NCBI GenBank assembly: GCA_964016885.1
Contig: OZ024741.1
Span: forward strand, 321,718,001-321,782,000
Reading direction: 5' to 3'
Source of the DNA: Eledone cirrhosa
Lineage: Eukaryota
DNA: 64,000 nucleotides
Shown here: positions 53,601 through 64,000 of the stretch, in pieces
How positions within the stretch are numbered: the first letter of the stretch is position 1
Layout: each line of letters opens with the position of its first letter
Position numbers and translations under genes: made by a program
Notes under the pieces: generated by a model
What the model saw: only the letters and a program-made list of their open reading frames with translations
What the model was told of the DNA's origin: nothing
Database searches by the model: none

Positions 53601-54218
53601 GAGGTTGCGAATTCAATTCTCAGACTGGGTGATGCATTGTCCTTGAGCAAGACTCTTTATTTCATGTTCTTTCTGTCAGAAGATAGTATCAGCAAAGGAA
53701 ACATTGTTTCCTTGGTTCGATTTGACGGGGCCCACCCCACTCAGTAAGCAAATGAAGTCTGGGATCTTGTTGATCTAAGCATATTTTTTTCTATATATAT
53801 TCAATTATCTATATAAATAATTTATTTATATACATGTGTATATGGAAGTGCATGGGTTATTGATTAGGGTGTTTGGCTCACAATTGTAAGGCGGTGAATT
53901 CAATTCCCAGCTATGCAACACACTTTATTTCACATTGTTCCGGTTCATTCAGTTGTATCTGTATTGTCACACTGAATCTGAGAATTACATTAGTTCATGA
54001 GCACAGCTGTTCAAACATCTAAAGCATTTGTTAGAACTGATAGGATTATACGTGTGTGTGTGTATATATATGTTTGTAAAAGGTTAACAAATAACAACAC
54101 AATTGGTACACTATATAGAAGGGATATATTCGGTTAACGCTTGATATAACAGGAAGAGGGTCTTAACGTTTCGGACGCTAGTCCTTCATCAGAAGAAAGA
54201 ATGAGAAATAAGATAGAT

Positions 54219-54249
<31 letters not shown>

Positions 54250-54505
54250 AGCCAACATATATACAGGTTATTTACATTAGTTGGACATGGGTACAAAAGA
54301 TATTAGCAATATGTCATAAGCGTTTAAAAAAAGCATGTGTAACTAGTCTTGCTCATGCTGTATGTGTAGAAAGACAAACTACCTCTCTCTCTATATATAT
54401 ATATTCACACATTCATTTTCTTGCAATATAGCTGACATTTTAGCAAAAAAAGTTGATTTTTTTTGCTAAGCTTCTCTAAAATTAATAAATGAATGTACTT
54501 TTATT

Positions 54506-54538
<33 letters not shown>

Positions 54539-54631
54539 GGTGTCCCAAAAGAATGTATACACAGTTTGATTACCTATGTAGGCAATATTTATTAGAATGC
54601 TGTTGAAGTGTGTATACACTTTGAGACGCCC

Positions 54632-54703
<72 letters not shown>

Positions 54704-57700
54704 AAATGATTTTAATTGAAGTATATATTTTTCAATGTTAGTATTTTATTTTTTCAGGCCTCCCAAGAAGATTGTAGAGTGAGTATTATCCTGCCTTCAT
54801 ATATGGTGAAATAATCTTTTTATCAATATTGAATTTCATTATATCTGAACATAATATACCTTTCCATACAAAGAGTATGGAAAGGATATCTTGCTACAAT
54901 CAGTTGCAGTTATGAATATCACTAAAATACAATATTTAGTTTATATATTGCTGCTTACAATGCACAGGGATATAGATATAAATTATTCATGTTGTATTGT
55001 AAAAGATTTTATTTGAAATGTTGATAAATATAGTTTTTTTAATTTTTCAGGGCAGTCAAGAAGACCGAAAAGTGAGTATTATCTTTTCTTCATATTGAGG
55101 CATAAATATAACAATAACTGATTATATTTTATTACTATTGATATTCTCTCTCTCTAATGTCTGTGTCTGTTATAAAGAATAATAATCATTTTACATCTGC
55201 TTTCCATGCTGGCATGTGTTGGATGGATTGTCACACTCTGAGACAAGGCAAATATCTAAGCACCCTCATCTCACTCATGTTACATAATTTGTATGGCTTC
55301 TATAACTGGATCCCATTCTTAATGCCAACACTATAGCCTCCGGTCTCCACAAATATATTGTTTAATCAATATTAGTGTGATTTATTTGCATTGTTTCATT
55401 TCATACTTTGCATTATATGAGATCAATGAAACATCTACTTCCATTAGAAAGGCACACCATTGCAATGTATTTTTAACAATATATTTGCTGGCTGCAGGGG
55501 GATGAATCTGTTTTAGGTGCTTGGAGGGATGATCTAATTTTTTTATCTTTTGCGAAATATTTTCTCATCAAATTAACAGTGCATAGTATATATGTATTAT
55601 GCCGTTAATTATGGTATCTATGAGGAGGTGCTGAAAAGTTTCTGGCTTTGGGTAAAAGAAAATATAGGAGAATCAGTTATGATTTTATTCAACATATTCC
55701 CCATACATTCACACACTTATTGCAGCAGTCCTACCTCCCCTATAAAGATAAACAACTCAATCCTTTTGTGGTACCCTTAAAGCCAGGAACTTTTCAGCAC
55801 CCTCTTGTATATTATCTTTATAAATTTTTCAATATTTAATTTTTAATTTTCAGGACTGTAAAGAAAACTGTTGTGTGAGTATTTTGTTTTATCTTATATT
55901 CTAAAGTTAAGCCTAATCAAACATTCCACCCTGTCCTTTTTAGGGGCTGTGTTTAAGAAGACATTATCCAATATCTTTTTTCATTAAGGTGGTAGAAATA
56001 GTTTAAATACATTGGTGGTTATTACTAGCAGTTGAGGTGATCACAAAAAGGCTTTCTCTCGTGTTCATATAGAGTGGAATGAAAAAAATCAGTTCTAAAT
56101 TCTATCATATATACGTGAATATAAGCCAACCCCTATTTTATGTCTAAGAAATGGGCAAAAGTATTAGCTGAGACAGCTAATCAACATATGTTCAGATAGC
56201 ATAGTTTTGAAATTCTTATCTTAAATTTGGTATTTGTGCCAACCCTATGATCATGGATCTTGGGTAATGACTGAAAGAATATGATTGCGTATATAATTGG
56301 CTGAAATGGAGTTAACTTGAAGATCAGGGAGCTGCTACTTCTCCAAATTGAGAGATCACAGCTTTATGGGCATGTAGTTAAAATGTCTCAGGAAAGAATT
56401 GCTGGACAGATTTTACAGGCAAAACCAACTGGCACGTGACCCACGGGTACACCCAAGCAAAGTGGTTGGATAACATCCATGTGCTTGGCTGGTCTCGCTT
56501 TGGGATTCAGCTAGATCAATTGGAAACTATTACTTATGACAGCCCCTGCTGGAAGGAGTGTCTGAGGACTCTGCTCCCATGACCATCTCGGGAATAAGTG
56601 GCTGAAGAAGTGGAATATACTTACATTTTCATATTTAAAATGTTGTAAGTGTTGTATAGCTTTTGTTTAAGAACTCCATTATGTGATTATTTTTTTGCCA
56701 ATTTCCTACTTGTTTAAAGGCCATATTCATTCGAAACAAAAAACAGGAAATGCATATTTCATGTTGAAAGTGAAGCCGGTGTAACTTCAAAGTGAAAATA
56801 TTTTACCACCTGATTTCAGCAGGATTTGAAGTTAGTGTAAATCAACAAAATATTGATTTCGAGTATAGGCTGACCCCATTTTTTTTTTTTTTTTTCTTTT
56901 ACCTTCCCATATTTCTTGGCTTGTATATGAGTATATACAGTAAGGCTTTTAGCATTTACATTACTCTATATTTACTATTGTATTTTCATAGTAAACACTT
57001 TATTTCTCATAATATTGAATCTGTGATTTAAAAAAATTATTTTGAGAACAATGTCTTAACACAAGTATGAGTGGTTGGTTTGAACAGAAAGGTGAGAGAA
57101 TTCTGGCCGGTTTAAATGGTAAAGGGTTAAAATCAAGCTTATATATAGCCTATATTTCTAAATCATATTTCTTTCAAGTCAATGATTTAAGTCCCAAAAT
57201 AATATTTTTTTTTGTTTTTAGTTAACTTCTTGACCATTCTAATGTTATTAGTAACACACATACAATTGCTGCAAACTGGTTTATGTTGCCTGTCTTGTTC
57301 CTTTCAAGTGTGCCCCTACATGACCCAACCTTTTGATCACACTTTAATTTCTACTTCTACTGACATTAGAAATATTAGTATCTATTTAGTATTATATTAA
57401 AACTGAAATATTCTCTCAGTAATTGCTGCAGATGATTACTAATTATGTCTTAATTAAAAATATTAACATGAATATTTATTTTTAATTTTTCAGGACTGGA
57501 AAGATATCTATGAAAGAGTAAGTATTTGTTTTATCTTGTTGACAAATGAAATAGGAGGATAATAATGGTAGTGGGTGATTATATATAATGTTGAAATAAT
57601 GTATGTAATACTTTATATAGCATGATATTCATTGTTGATTTAAGTTTGTTACAATTTGTAAATTCCATTAAAATATTCTTTTTTAGATTCCATCATTCTC

Positions 57701-60700
57701 TGTGTGGAAATTAATAAAATATTTTTTGGTTTTCAGTGAGAAAAAAATCCGTAAAGTCCCTGAAAGTCTCTTGAAGAAAAGGAAAACCAGGAAAGCTCAG
57801 GCTCTCAAACGAAAGGCTACTGTTCTTCGGAGAAAAGTTGTAAGTATTTGATATATTTTGTGAGTTTATTAATGAGTTGCTTTGTCATCTAACCATTTTT
57901 ATCAAATTGGATATTGATATTAAAATATCAACCCACCCAAAAAATCACCTATTATAGCTTTAAAATTGGACAGAAGTCTTATCTGGTAGATAATATCAGA
58001 TTTCAGTAGTTTAACCTTTAGCGTTCAAAGCGACAAAAACCGACAAAATTATGTCCCCTTTCATTTATTCAAACCGACAAAAACCGACATTTAATACCAC
58101 ACGGAGATTTCCTTCTAAAAATAAACATTGACATCATCGAAATCTCGTCAATTCGAGATTACTGCGAGATAAAGCCCTTACGCGCGAAAATTAACTCTTA
58201 GTCTAGTTAAAGAACTTGCGATAACACGCGTTTTTAACGTTGAAAGTGTAACATGGCTTCCGAAAGTAGCGACAACGAATTTGAAGGTTTTACGTCCGAC
58301 GACATTCGAGATCAAAAAGAAACAGAAGATAATATCAGTGATTTATCTTCAAACGAATCAGATATATTTATTTCTGATATATCTGATAATGATGATAGTT
58401 ACTTTGAAAGTGAAAGAGAAGATTTGACTGACACCATTGAAAAAATAGCAACGTGGTTGAAAGAAACATTCTATACATGTTTCGGATTTTACTGAAAATA
58501 TTGGACCACAACACACATTACCACCCGATGCTAAAGCACTGGATTATTATTTTTTATTTTTACCACAATCTTTCTTCGAAGTTGTGGCAAATCGCTATGC
58601 ACAACAACAAATTTCTAATATCGGAAAACCCGATCGGTTATGTTGTCCGACAGATTCTGCCGAAATGAAAGCGTTTTTTACCATAAATATTATTTTTGGT
58701 ATTAAACAATTTCCACGACTGTGGAATTATTGGAGTACTGATATAAGGTTTGGTGACCCTTATATATCTAGTATTATGGCAAAAACGAGATTCATTAAAT
58801 TAAACCAGTATTTGCATCTGGTTGATACTTCAAATGCCCCTGGTAGAAATGAATCAAATTACGACCCACTGTACAAAGTACGACCATTAATTGAAATATT
58901 GTCAGAAAAATTTAAAAGTGTGTATAAACTTATATATTGGGAACTTTCTATTACGTAATTTTACACTGTACATTTACAGAGTACATTGCCAATATTATTT
59001 TGACCGGTGAAAAGGTTTTATACATTTTTTTCAATGAAAATATTTGCCTGGAATGTAGAGAAAGACTAAAACCGTGTACTGATTACACCTGCATTTTTAA
59101 TTAATTCACCTGTTCAGAAAACTGCTAGAATTGATGGAAATCAGCATCTAGGTCATTATTGGATTTTTTTGCAACAAATCTAACAGATAAGGCAGATAAA
59201 GTTTAAATTTTTGTGTTTATCCATAAAGTTATTACTTTTACACCTGTTAATTAATTTCACTTGCCCATAAAAGTCAAATTTAACAAAAAAAATCAGGTAA
59301 AAATATATAATTGTAAATTATAGTTATTTAAACATCTACTGACAAAATTTCAAGTCTGCACATAGAAAATTAAAGTAATTACAAACAAATAAAATTGATA
59401 ACCCTCTTGAGTATAATTAAGTGAAAATAATGCGAATAGATGAACATGACATTTGACAATTCAATGTGAATGCTAAAGGGTTAATTAAGTTTTTGTAGTT
59501 TGAAATAAAAGAATCCTATTGTACCTGAGGGTGTCCATAGGAACAAAAAAGCTGGTGTATAAAATTTGTTTATAAAGTTAAATGATTATTACTATATGAA
59601 TGTGTAGCAACATAAGGAGTTTTCAGTTTATTTACGCTCATCCCTACTACCAAGTGTAATGGTTATTATGGAAAGAAAATACCGTATTTGTAGCATATCA
59701 TTTATTAAAAAAATTTATACTAAACTACTTCCACTAGTGCAATGGGTTGGCATTTTCTTGTCCAAACTATTTTCAAATGGAAAATGTAATTTACAGTTAA
59801 CACCTTTGTAAATTTAACTGCCCTCCTATGAGGTTCTAACAAGTAGTTTCTTGTGTATTTTTTATAAGTGCCAAGTCTAACGATCAAATCCCTAGGCCAC
59901 TGGCCATCACTTTATTTTATTATAGTTTAACATTTTTTCCCATTTCCTAACAACTTGAGATAGTGGAGTGATCCAGTAACAAACTCTTTCTTTTCAGCTG
60001 CGTAAGAAGAAGAAGATTAGCATTTTCCATCGAGCTGAGAAATATGTGAAAGAGTACCGCATGCAGGCACGTGAGGAAATCCGGCTGCGACGTGAAGCTC
60101 GCAAAGCTGGAAATTACTATGTTCCTAGTGGTGCTAAACTGGCTTTCATCATGAGAATCAGAGGGTATGTTACTATATAATAATTTTCTCTATTTTTTAA
60201 CATTTTGAATACCAACCCACTTAAAACTGTCATAGATTTGTGAAACAAAATCATTTTAAAGGATTTCTAGTTAAATTGAAACCTAACATAATTTGGCATG
60301 CACATTTTTTAACGTTGCTTTATAAATGCCATCTTATAATAAATTATAATGAATCCCTCGAATACTTCATTAAGTAATTGAATTACAGTATATTTCATTA
60401 AAATGGTGGTCATGAAAGGGCTAATCATTTTGTTCTATCATTTGTAATGTCACTCTGGACATGGTTTTATATATGAAAACTGCCAAAATTGAAACTTATA
60501 CATCTTGTGTATCAATCTAAATCTGTTGAAAGGTTCTATGAGCTTAATATTTTCTCTACTGTTGACAGATTGAGGAGCCAAAACTATAATGAAATAATGT
60601 CTCTATATTTACCCATAACATCTTTACTAGTGTACAGATTTCATGTTTGCACAGAACATGAACATTTGCAGTAATATAGTAAAGAATTTAATTCTTAATG

Positions 60701-63247
60701 CAATCAATGTTTTGTATTTTTCAAGCACTTTTATATGGTACAAGTCATTAAGAGTTAATAACCCTAAGCCCTTATAAAAGAGTATTTTTTCTTGAGCTTT
60801 CTATAATTATGTTGTTTGCTGAAATTCCTTTATTTCTATATTCCAGTATCAATGGAGTCCATCCCCGACCCAGGAAGGTAATGCAGCTGTTTAGATTGAG
60901 ACAAATTAACAATGGTATTTTTGTCAAAGTCAACAAAGCAACTTTACAGATGATCAAAATTTGTGAACCTTACGTTACTTGGGGGTAAACAATCTTCTTT
61001 TTTCTTTTACATGAAGTATTTTACAGTGTATATATAGATGGACAGTTGAATATGGGTCTATATACCATATTTCTGCTTATGTTTCTATTGATCTTCAGAA
61101 CTCTTTTATATTAGGTCAGGGTTTGGAAAATAGCAAAATCTTACTACACTAGACTAAATTATTCATAAAATATTCCTACACTAATTTCAGAACCAGGAAT
61201 GGGTTTGGTTGTTAGGTGGAAAGGATTAGAGAGAATTGCTTTGGATGGGATCATCATATTTCTATTTTCCATGTTAGCATATGTAGGATAGGCTTTCCCT
61301 TTGTGAGAGATTAGGTCAGAGGACTGTTTTCATTTACACAGAACTGATTTTGGCGTGGTTTCTACAGATGGATGCCCTTCCTAATGCTAACCACATTTAC
61401 AGTGTGCTGGGTGCTTTTTGTTGCGACTCCTACACAACCACTTTACAGTGTGGACTGGGTGCTTTTTGTTGTGGCACATGATGGTGTTTGAAATGTGTAG
61501 AATTCCTACACAAAATTTTAATTTTATCAAATGATTAATAATATTCATCAATTAAATATAATCTGTTGAGATGTAGGAGTTGGCTTGATTTACTTGAAAA
61601 TATCATTTTAGGAATATTTTGAAATGTAAACATGTGTGCAAATAGATGTCTTTTACAGCATATCTTCAAATTGATAATGTGTAGAGCAATCTGGTGGCAC
61701 TGCTTATACCATACTTTTAAGTATTTATTGGTTCCATGAAAGGCAGTTGTCCAAAAAAAAAAGAAGACACAAATGTATTTTACTCTGGGGTAGTTTTATT
61801 AACACCTAACATCCTGTAATGATTTAGTAGAATGTATTTTTAAATGGGATTAAATTGAATGTTTATAGTATCTTTATTAGTGGACAAAGCATTGTGAGAA
61901 TTTGAAGTAAATAAAAGTAAAGCTTGAATTTTTTATGTGATGCTGTTATTTTGTACTTTTTATGATTTACTAATGTAGCTTCATGTGGTACAGGATGATA
62001 AGAGTTTGAAAACATATATTTAGGATGTAACTTAGATGTAGATATTTATTTGTTTCTATTTCTGCTCTTAGATACCCTAATCTGAAGAGTGTTCGTGAGT
62101 TGATCTATAAAAGAGGATATGGTAAAATTGATGGACGACGTATTCCATTGACTGACAATGCACTCATTGAGAGGAAGCTTGGTAAGTATTTTAATTTTAG
62201 CACATTCTCTATCCTCATCATCATGCCCCATACCAAGGATTAATTTAAATAGTTTTTAAATGATGTAGAGCAGATATTTTTGTGGTTAGTACCCATAGAT
62301 AAGTTGGTTGAACTGATTTTATTTGTAACTTGTACCCTACTGTAAAACTTCCAGTTATCTTGTATAATACAAAATATTTAATTTTTTTCTACTGCCCCTA
62401 ATTTGATGTTAAAAAGTCTTAAACAGAGAAGGTATTCTCTGGTTGATTCATGTGCGCTGGGTGGCCTGCATTTCTGGAAAAGAACCTTAGCAATGGCAAT
62501 TGGGAGTGATAATTCCAATTTAAAGAAAAGGGAGACGAGAGATTGTTCCAATTACAGAGGGATCTTCTCTATGCTAAGTGTCTTGCAAAGAGATGCAGGG
62601 AGATTGTCGAGTCCAACCTAGCTGATGAACAATGGTTTTCGTCGCTGATGCAGCAGAACCAACCAAAATATTCACACTATAACGGGTCTTCAAGAAATCA
62701 TGGGAGTATTGCCAAGAGGTATATTCTTGTATTGTAGACCTTGAAAGGCATATGACCACATTCCTTGGAACCTGCAGTGAAATGGGATCGATGGTCAGCT
62801 GCCCCGATGTTTCTATATGAATGCCTCAATCAATGGTGCTAAATTGATACCATTCGATGTGGGAGTCGGACTCTGTTTATGTTCTTATTTTCACATTTGA
62901 CACAGATGGTGCAAGCAATGATTGTGAAAAGGAAGAGTTGGCACCTGGCTATAGAATTCCGACATAAAAAGTTTATCCAAACCATACTTGCATAAGAAAA
63001 TAATTTAACATTACATTACAAAATATATTTATTTTTAGGTCGTTTTGGTATCATCTGTATGGAAGATTTAGTTCATGAGATCCACACTGTTGGCAAACAC
63101 TTCAAATATGCCTCCAACTTCCTCTGGCCATTCAAGCTGAACAATCCCCGAGGTGGCTGGGTACGCAAATACAACCATTATAATGATGGAGGTGATTTTG
63201 GCAACAGGGAGAACCAAATTAATTCACTTCTCAGAAAAATGACATAG
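32625..63247 (+). CDS. RPL7: 60S ribosomal protein L7 (uL30) with a microexon-encoded Lys-rich N-terminal extension; up to 348 aa from 21 coding exons
   Basis: ATG at 32625 in exon 32619-32632, then 15 microexons (39654-57517), then core exons 57737-57839, 59998-60164, 60847-60984, 62072-62181 and 63039-63247. All introns are GT-AG and the frame is continuous (1047 nt). AATAAA at 63260. Confidence 0.85.
33853..37273 (-). mobile_element. Near full-length RTE-clade LINE, antisense in RPL7 intron 2
   Basis: APE ORF 35258-36925 plus RT ORF 33867-35222 ([32 protein letters not shown]), separated by one frameshift. (CAT)n tail. Candidate TSD ACTGAATCA at 33844 and 37274; the 5' boundary is tentative. 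Confidence 0.92.
37400..37670. repeat. Compound trinucleotide repeats (GGT/GTT/GCT)
   Basis: Directly visible. Confidence 0.85.
38445..38499 (-). ncRNA. Minimal type-I hammerhead ribozyme motif (Penelope-type)
   Basis: Minus strand: ACUGC-CUGAAGA-[GGUCACAGCCA aaga UGGCUGUCACU]-GAAA-UAUAU-AUA-GCAGU. Stem I pairs ACUGC/GCAGU and stem III is palindromic. Confidence 0.75.
39654..57517 (+). CDS. RPL7: RPL7 microexon array (15 symmetric phase-2 exons)
   Basis: 39654-39665, 40273-40293, 41670-41690, 45508-45528, 46421-46441, 47609-47629, 47931-47951, 48960-48983, 49495-49515, 50996-51016, 53343-53363, 54758-54778, 55051-55071, 55854-55874, 57494-57517. Each has a T-rich YAG acceptor and a GTRAGT donor. 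Confidence 0.8.
42270..44702 (-). mobile_element. piggyBac transposon with decayed transposase
   Basis: [38 protein letters not shown]-terminal Cys-rich domain, acidic N-terminus. TTAA|CCCTTTAG terminus at 44702; the other terminus is deleted. Confidence 0.9.
46088..46312 (+). mobile_element. piggyBac 5'-end fragment
   Basis: TTAA|CCCTTTAGTGTTCAAA; aligns with the elements starting at 51071 and 58011. Confidence 0.8.
46690..47470 (+). mobile_element. Decayed RTE-like RT fragment
   Basis: [12 protein letters not shown] and later RT C-terminal remnants; similar fragments at ~56230-56610 and ~62500-62880. Confidence 0.6.
51071..52366. mobile_element. Composite piggyBac relic: two opposed 5' ends plus a 3' end
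   Basis: 5' end (+) 51071-~51835; 5' end (-) ~51836-52232 ending in TTAA; 3' end 52233-52366 ending GGG|TTAA. Confidence 0.8.
52569..52766. mobile_element. piggyBac-type MITE
   Basis: TTAA-CCTTTTAGCATTTA...TAAATGCTGAAGGG-TTAA; relatives at ~41040-41256, 44838-45061 and 56940-57130. Confidence 0.7.
54161..54196 (-). ncRNA. Minimal hammerhead ribozyme motif (Penelope-type)
   Basis: Minus strand: UCUU-CUGAUGA-A-[GGAC uagc GUCC]-GAAACGUU-AAGA. Confidence 0.6.
57737..57839 (+). CDS. RPL7: RPL7 core exon A ([16 protein letters not shown]...)
   Basis: [10 protein letters not shown] is the conserved start of eukaryotic L7. Confidence 0.93.
58011..59484 (+). mobile_element. Internally deleted piggyBac with both termini and TTAA TSDs
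   Basis: Closely matches the 42270-44702 element but lacks the DDD core (junction at ~58926). TTAA at 58011 and 59481. Confidence 0.9.
59998..60164 (+). CDS. RPL7: RPL7 core exon B
   Basis: [34 protein letters not shown]. Confidence 0.96.
60847..60984 (+). CDS. RPL7: RPL7 core exon C
   Basis: [46 protein letters not shown]. Confidence 0.96.
62072..62181 (+). CDS. RPL7: RPL7 core exon D
   Basis: [37 protein letters not shown]. Confidence 0.96.
63039..63247 (+). CDS. RPL7: RPL7 last exon
   Basis: [55 protein letters not shown]. Confidence 0.96.
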
Positions 63248-63689
63248 AAAAAAAATTGTAATAAATTTCAGCAGGTCAATTGATATGGTTTTCTTTATTT
63301 TTCTTTATCTTCTCTCAATCTTTTCGGGGTCATCAAGAAAAACTGGATATGGTAGATATTCCTAATTTCTCTACTTCATCCCTTAACAAGACAACATACA
63401 CACCATTGCAAACAATGCTGAGATCTGGCAGTTTTGAATACAAATTTACACATGACGCAAATGATTGTTTATGAATCTCATATCACTAACAACTCCTGTG
63501 CCACATAGAGATACCATTTTAAAAAACTGCCACTGAAGTTTGGAATGCTCGAGTTATGAAAGTTAACATGCCCGAATCATGATCTTTATCTATTTCGGAC
63601 TTCAGATATTTTGTGTTATTGGGGCGTTGACTGACTTCATTCTTGACTACATCTCATGTGGAGAGCTAGGAGACCATAAAATAATGGAA

Positions 63690-63980
63690 ATTATGTACAG
63701 TGCTCAGGTGCACTACAACTCATCAAATGTGTATATATAGTACATAGAATAATGTACAAAAGTCAGGTGAAGTGTATGAGTCATGATATACACACGTGTG
63801 CTTGTGTATGGAGGGGGAATATCAAGTGTAGTGTTGTCGAATTTCGGGGGGCATGGACATTTTGAAGGATGCAGTGTCCCAACAGCTAAACTGATGCTTC
63901 AGCAACTCTTGAGCGTGAAACCATGTTTCCGAAAGTCATGGGAGATATGCTGTTTTCTGACTTCATAGGCATGCCCACAA
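63690..63980 (-). mobile_element. 3' fragment of the CR1-like LINE family
   Basis: Reverse complement aligns with ~9600-9910. Confidence 0.8.
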
Positions 63981-64000
63981 TCTTGTGGGTGTCTACCAAG

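Noticed and set aside
58253-58958. Possible domesticated PGBD-like gene or exon fused to RPL7
   Set aside because: Frameshifted, catalytic core deleted, TIRs and TTAA TSDs intact; an ordinary non-autonomous copy.
61168-61230. ATATTCCTA matching the U17/snR30 m1 motif
   Set aside because: No m2 (AAACCAU) or ACA box at the expected distance, and the motif appears paired in a local stem.

Overview
AT-rich, repeat-dense animal genomic DNA. The SINE/LINE repertoire looks mollusc/octopus-like, which is an inference. Two spliced host genes can be read directly. (1) On the + strand, a 31-kb 60S ribosomal protein L7 (uL30) gene runs from a 5'TOP/TCT start at ~32241 to a stop at 63247. Its conserved core is preceded by 15 symmetric phase-2 microexons (12, 21 or 24 nt) that encode a ~107-aa lysine-rich, histone-H1-tail-like extension with TPKK repeats. 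Part of this array grew by recent tandem duplication. This microexon-built ribosomal protein tail is the main finding. (2) On the - strand, a TATA/Inr-driven four-exon gene (4765->193) encodes a ~110-aa secreted precursor with a signal peptide and a GKKR processing site. The rest is mobile DNA: Penelope-like, CR1-like, CRE-like (RLE) and RTE retroelements, piggyBac relics clustered in RPL7 introns, non-autonomous Helitrons, Tc1/mariner relics and MITEs, SINEs, minimal hammerhead ribozymes, palindromes and microsatellites. Coordinates were counted by hand and no database searches were run.
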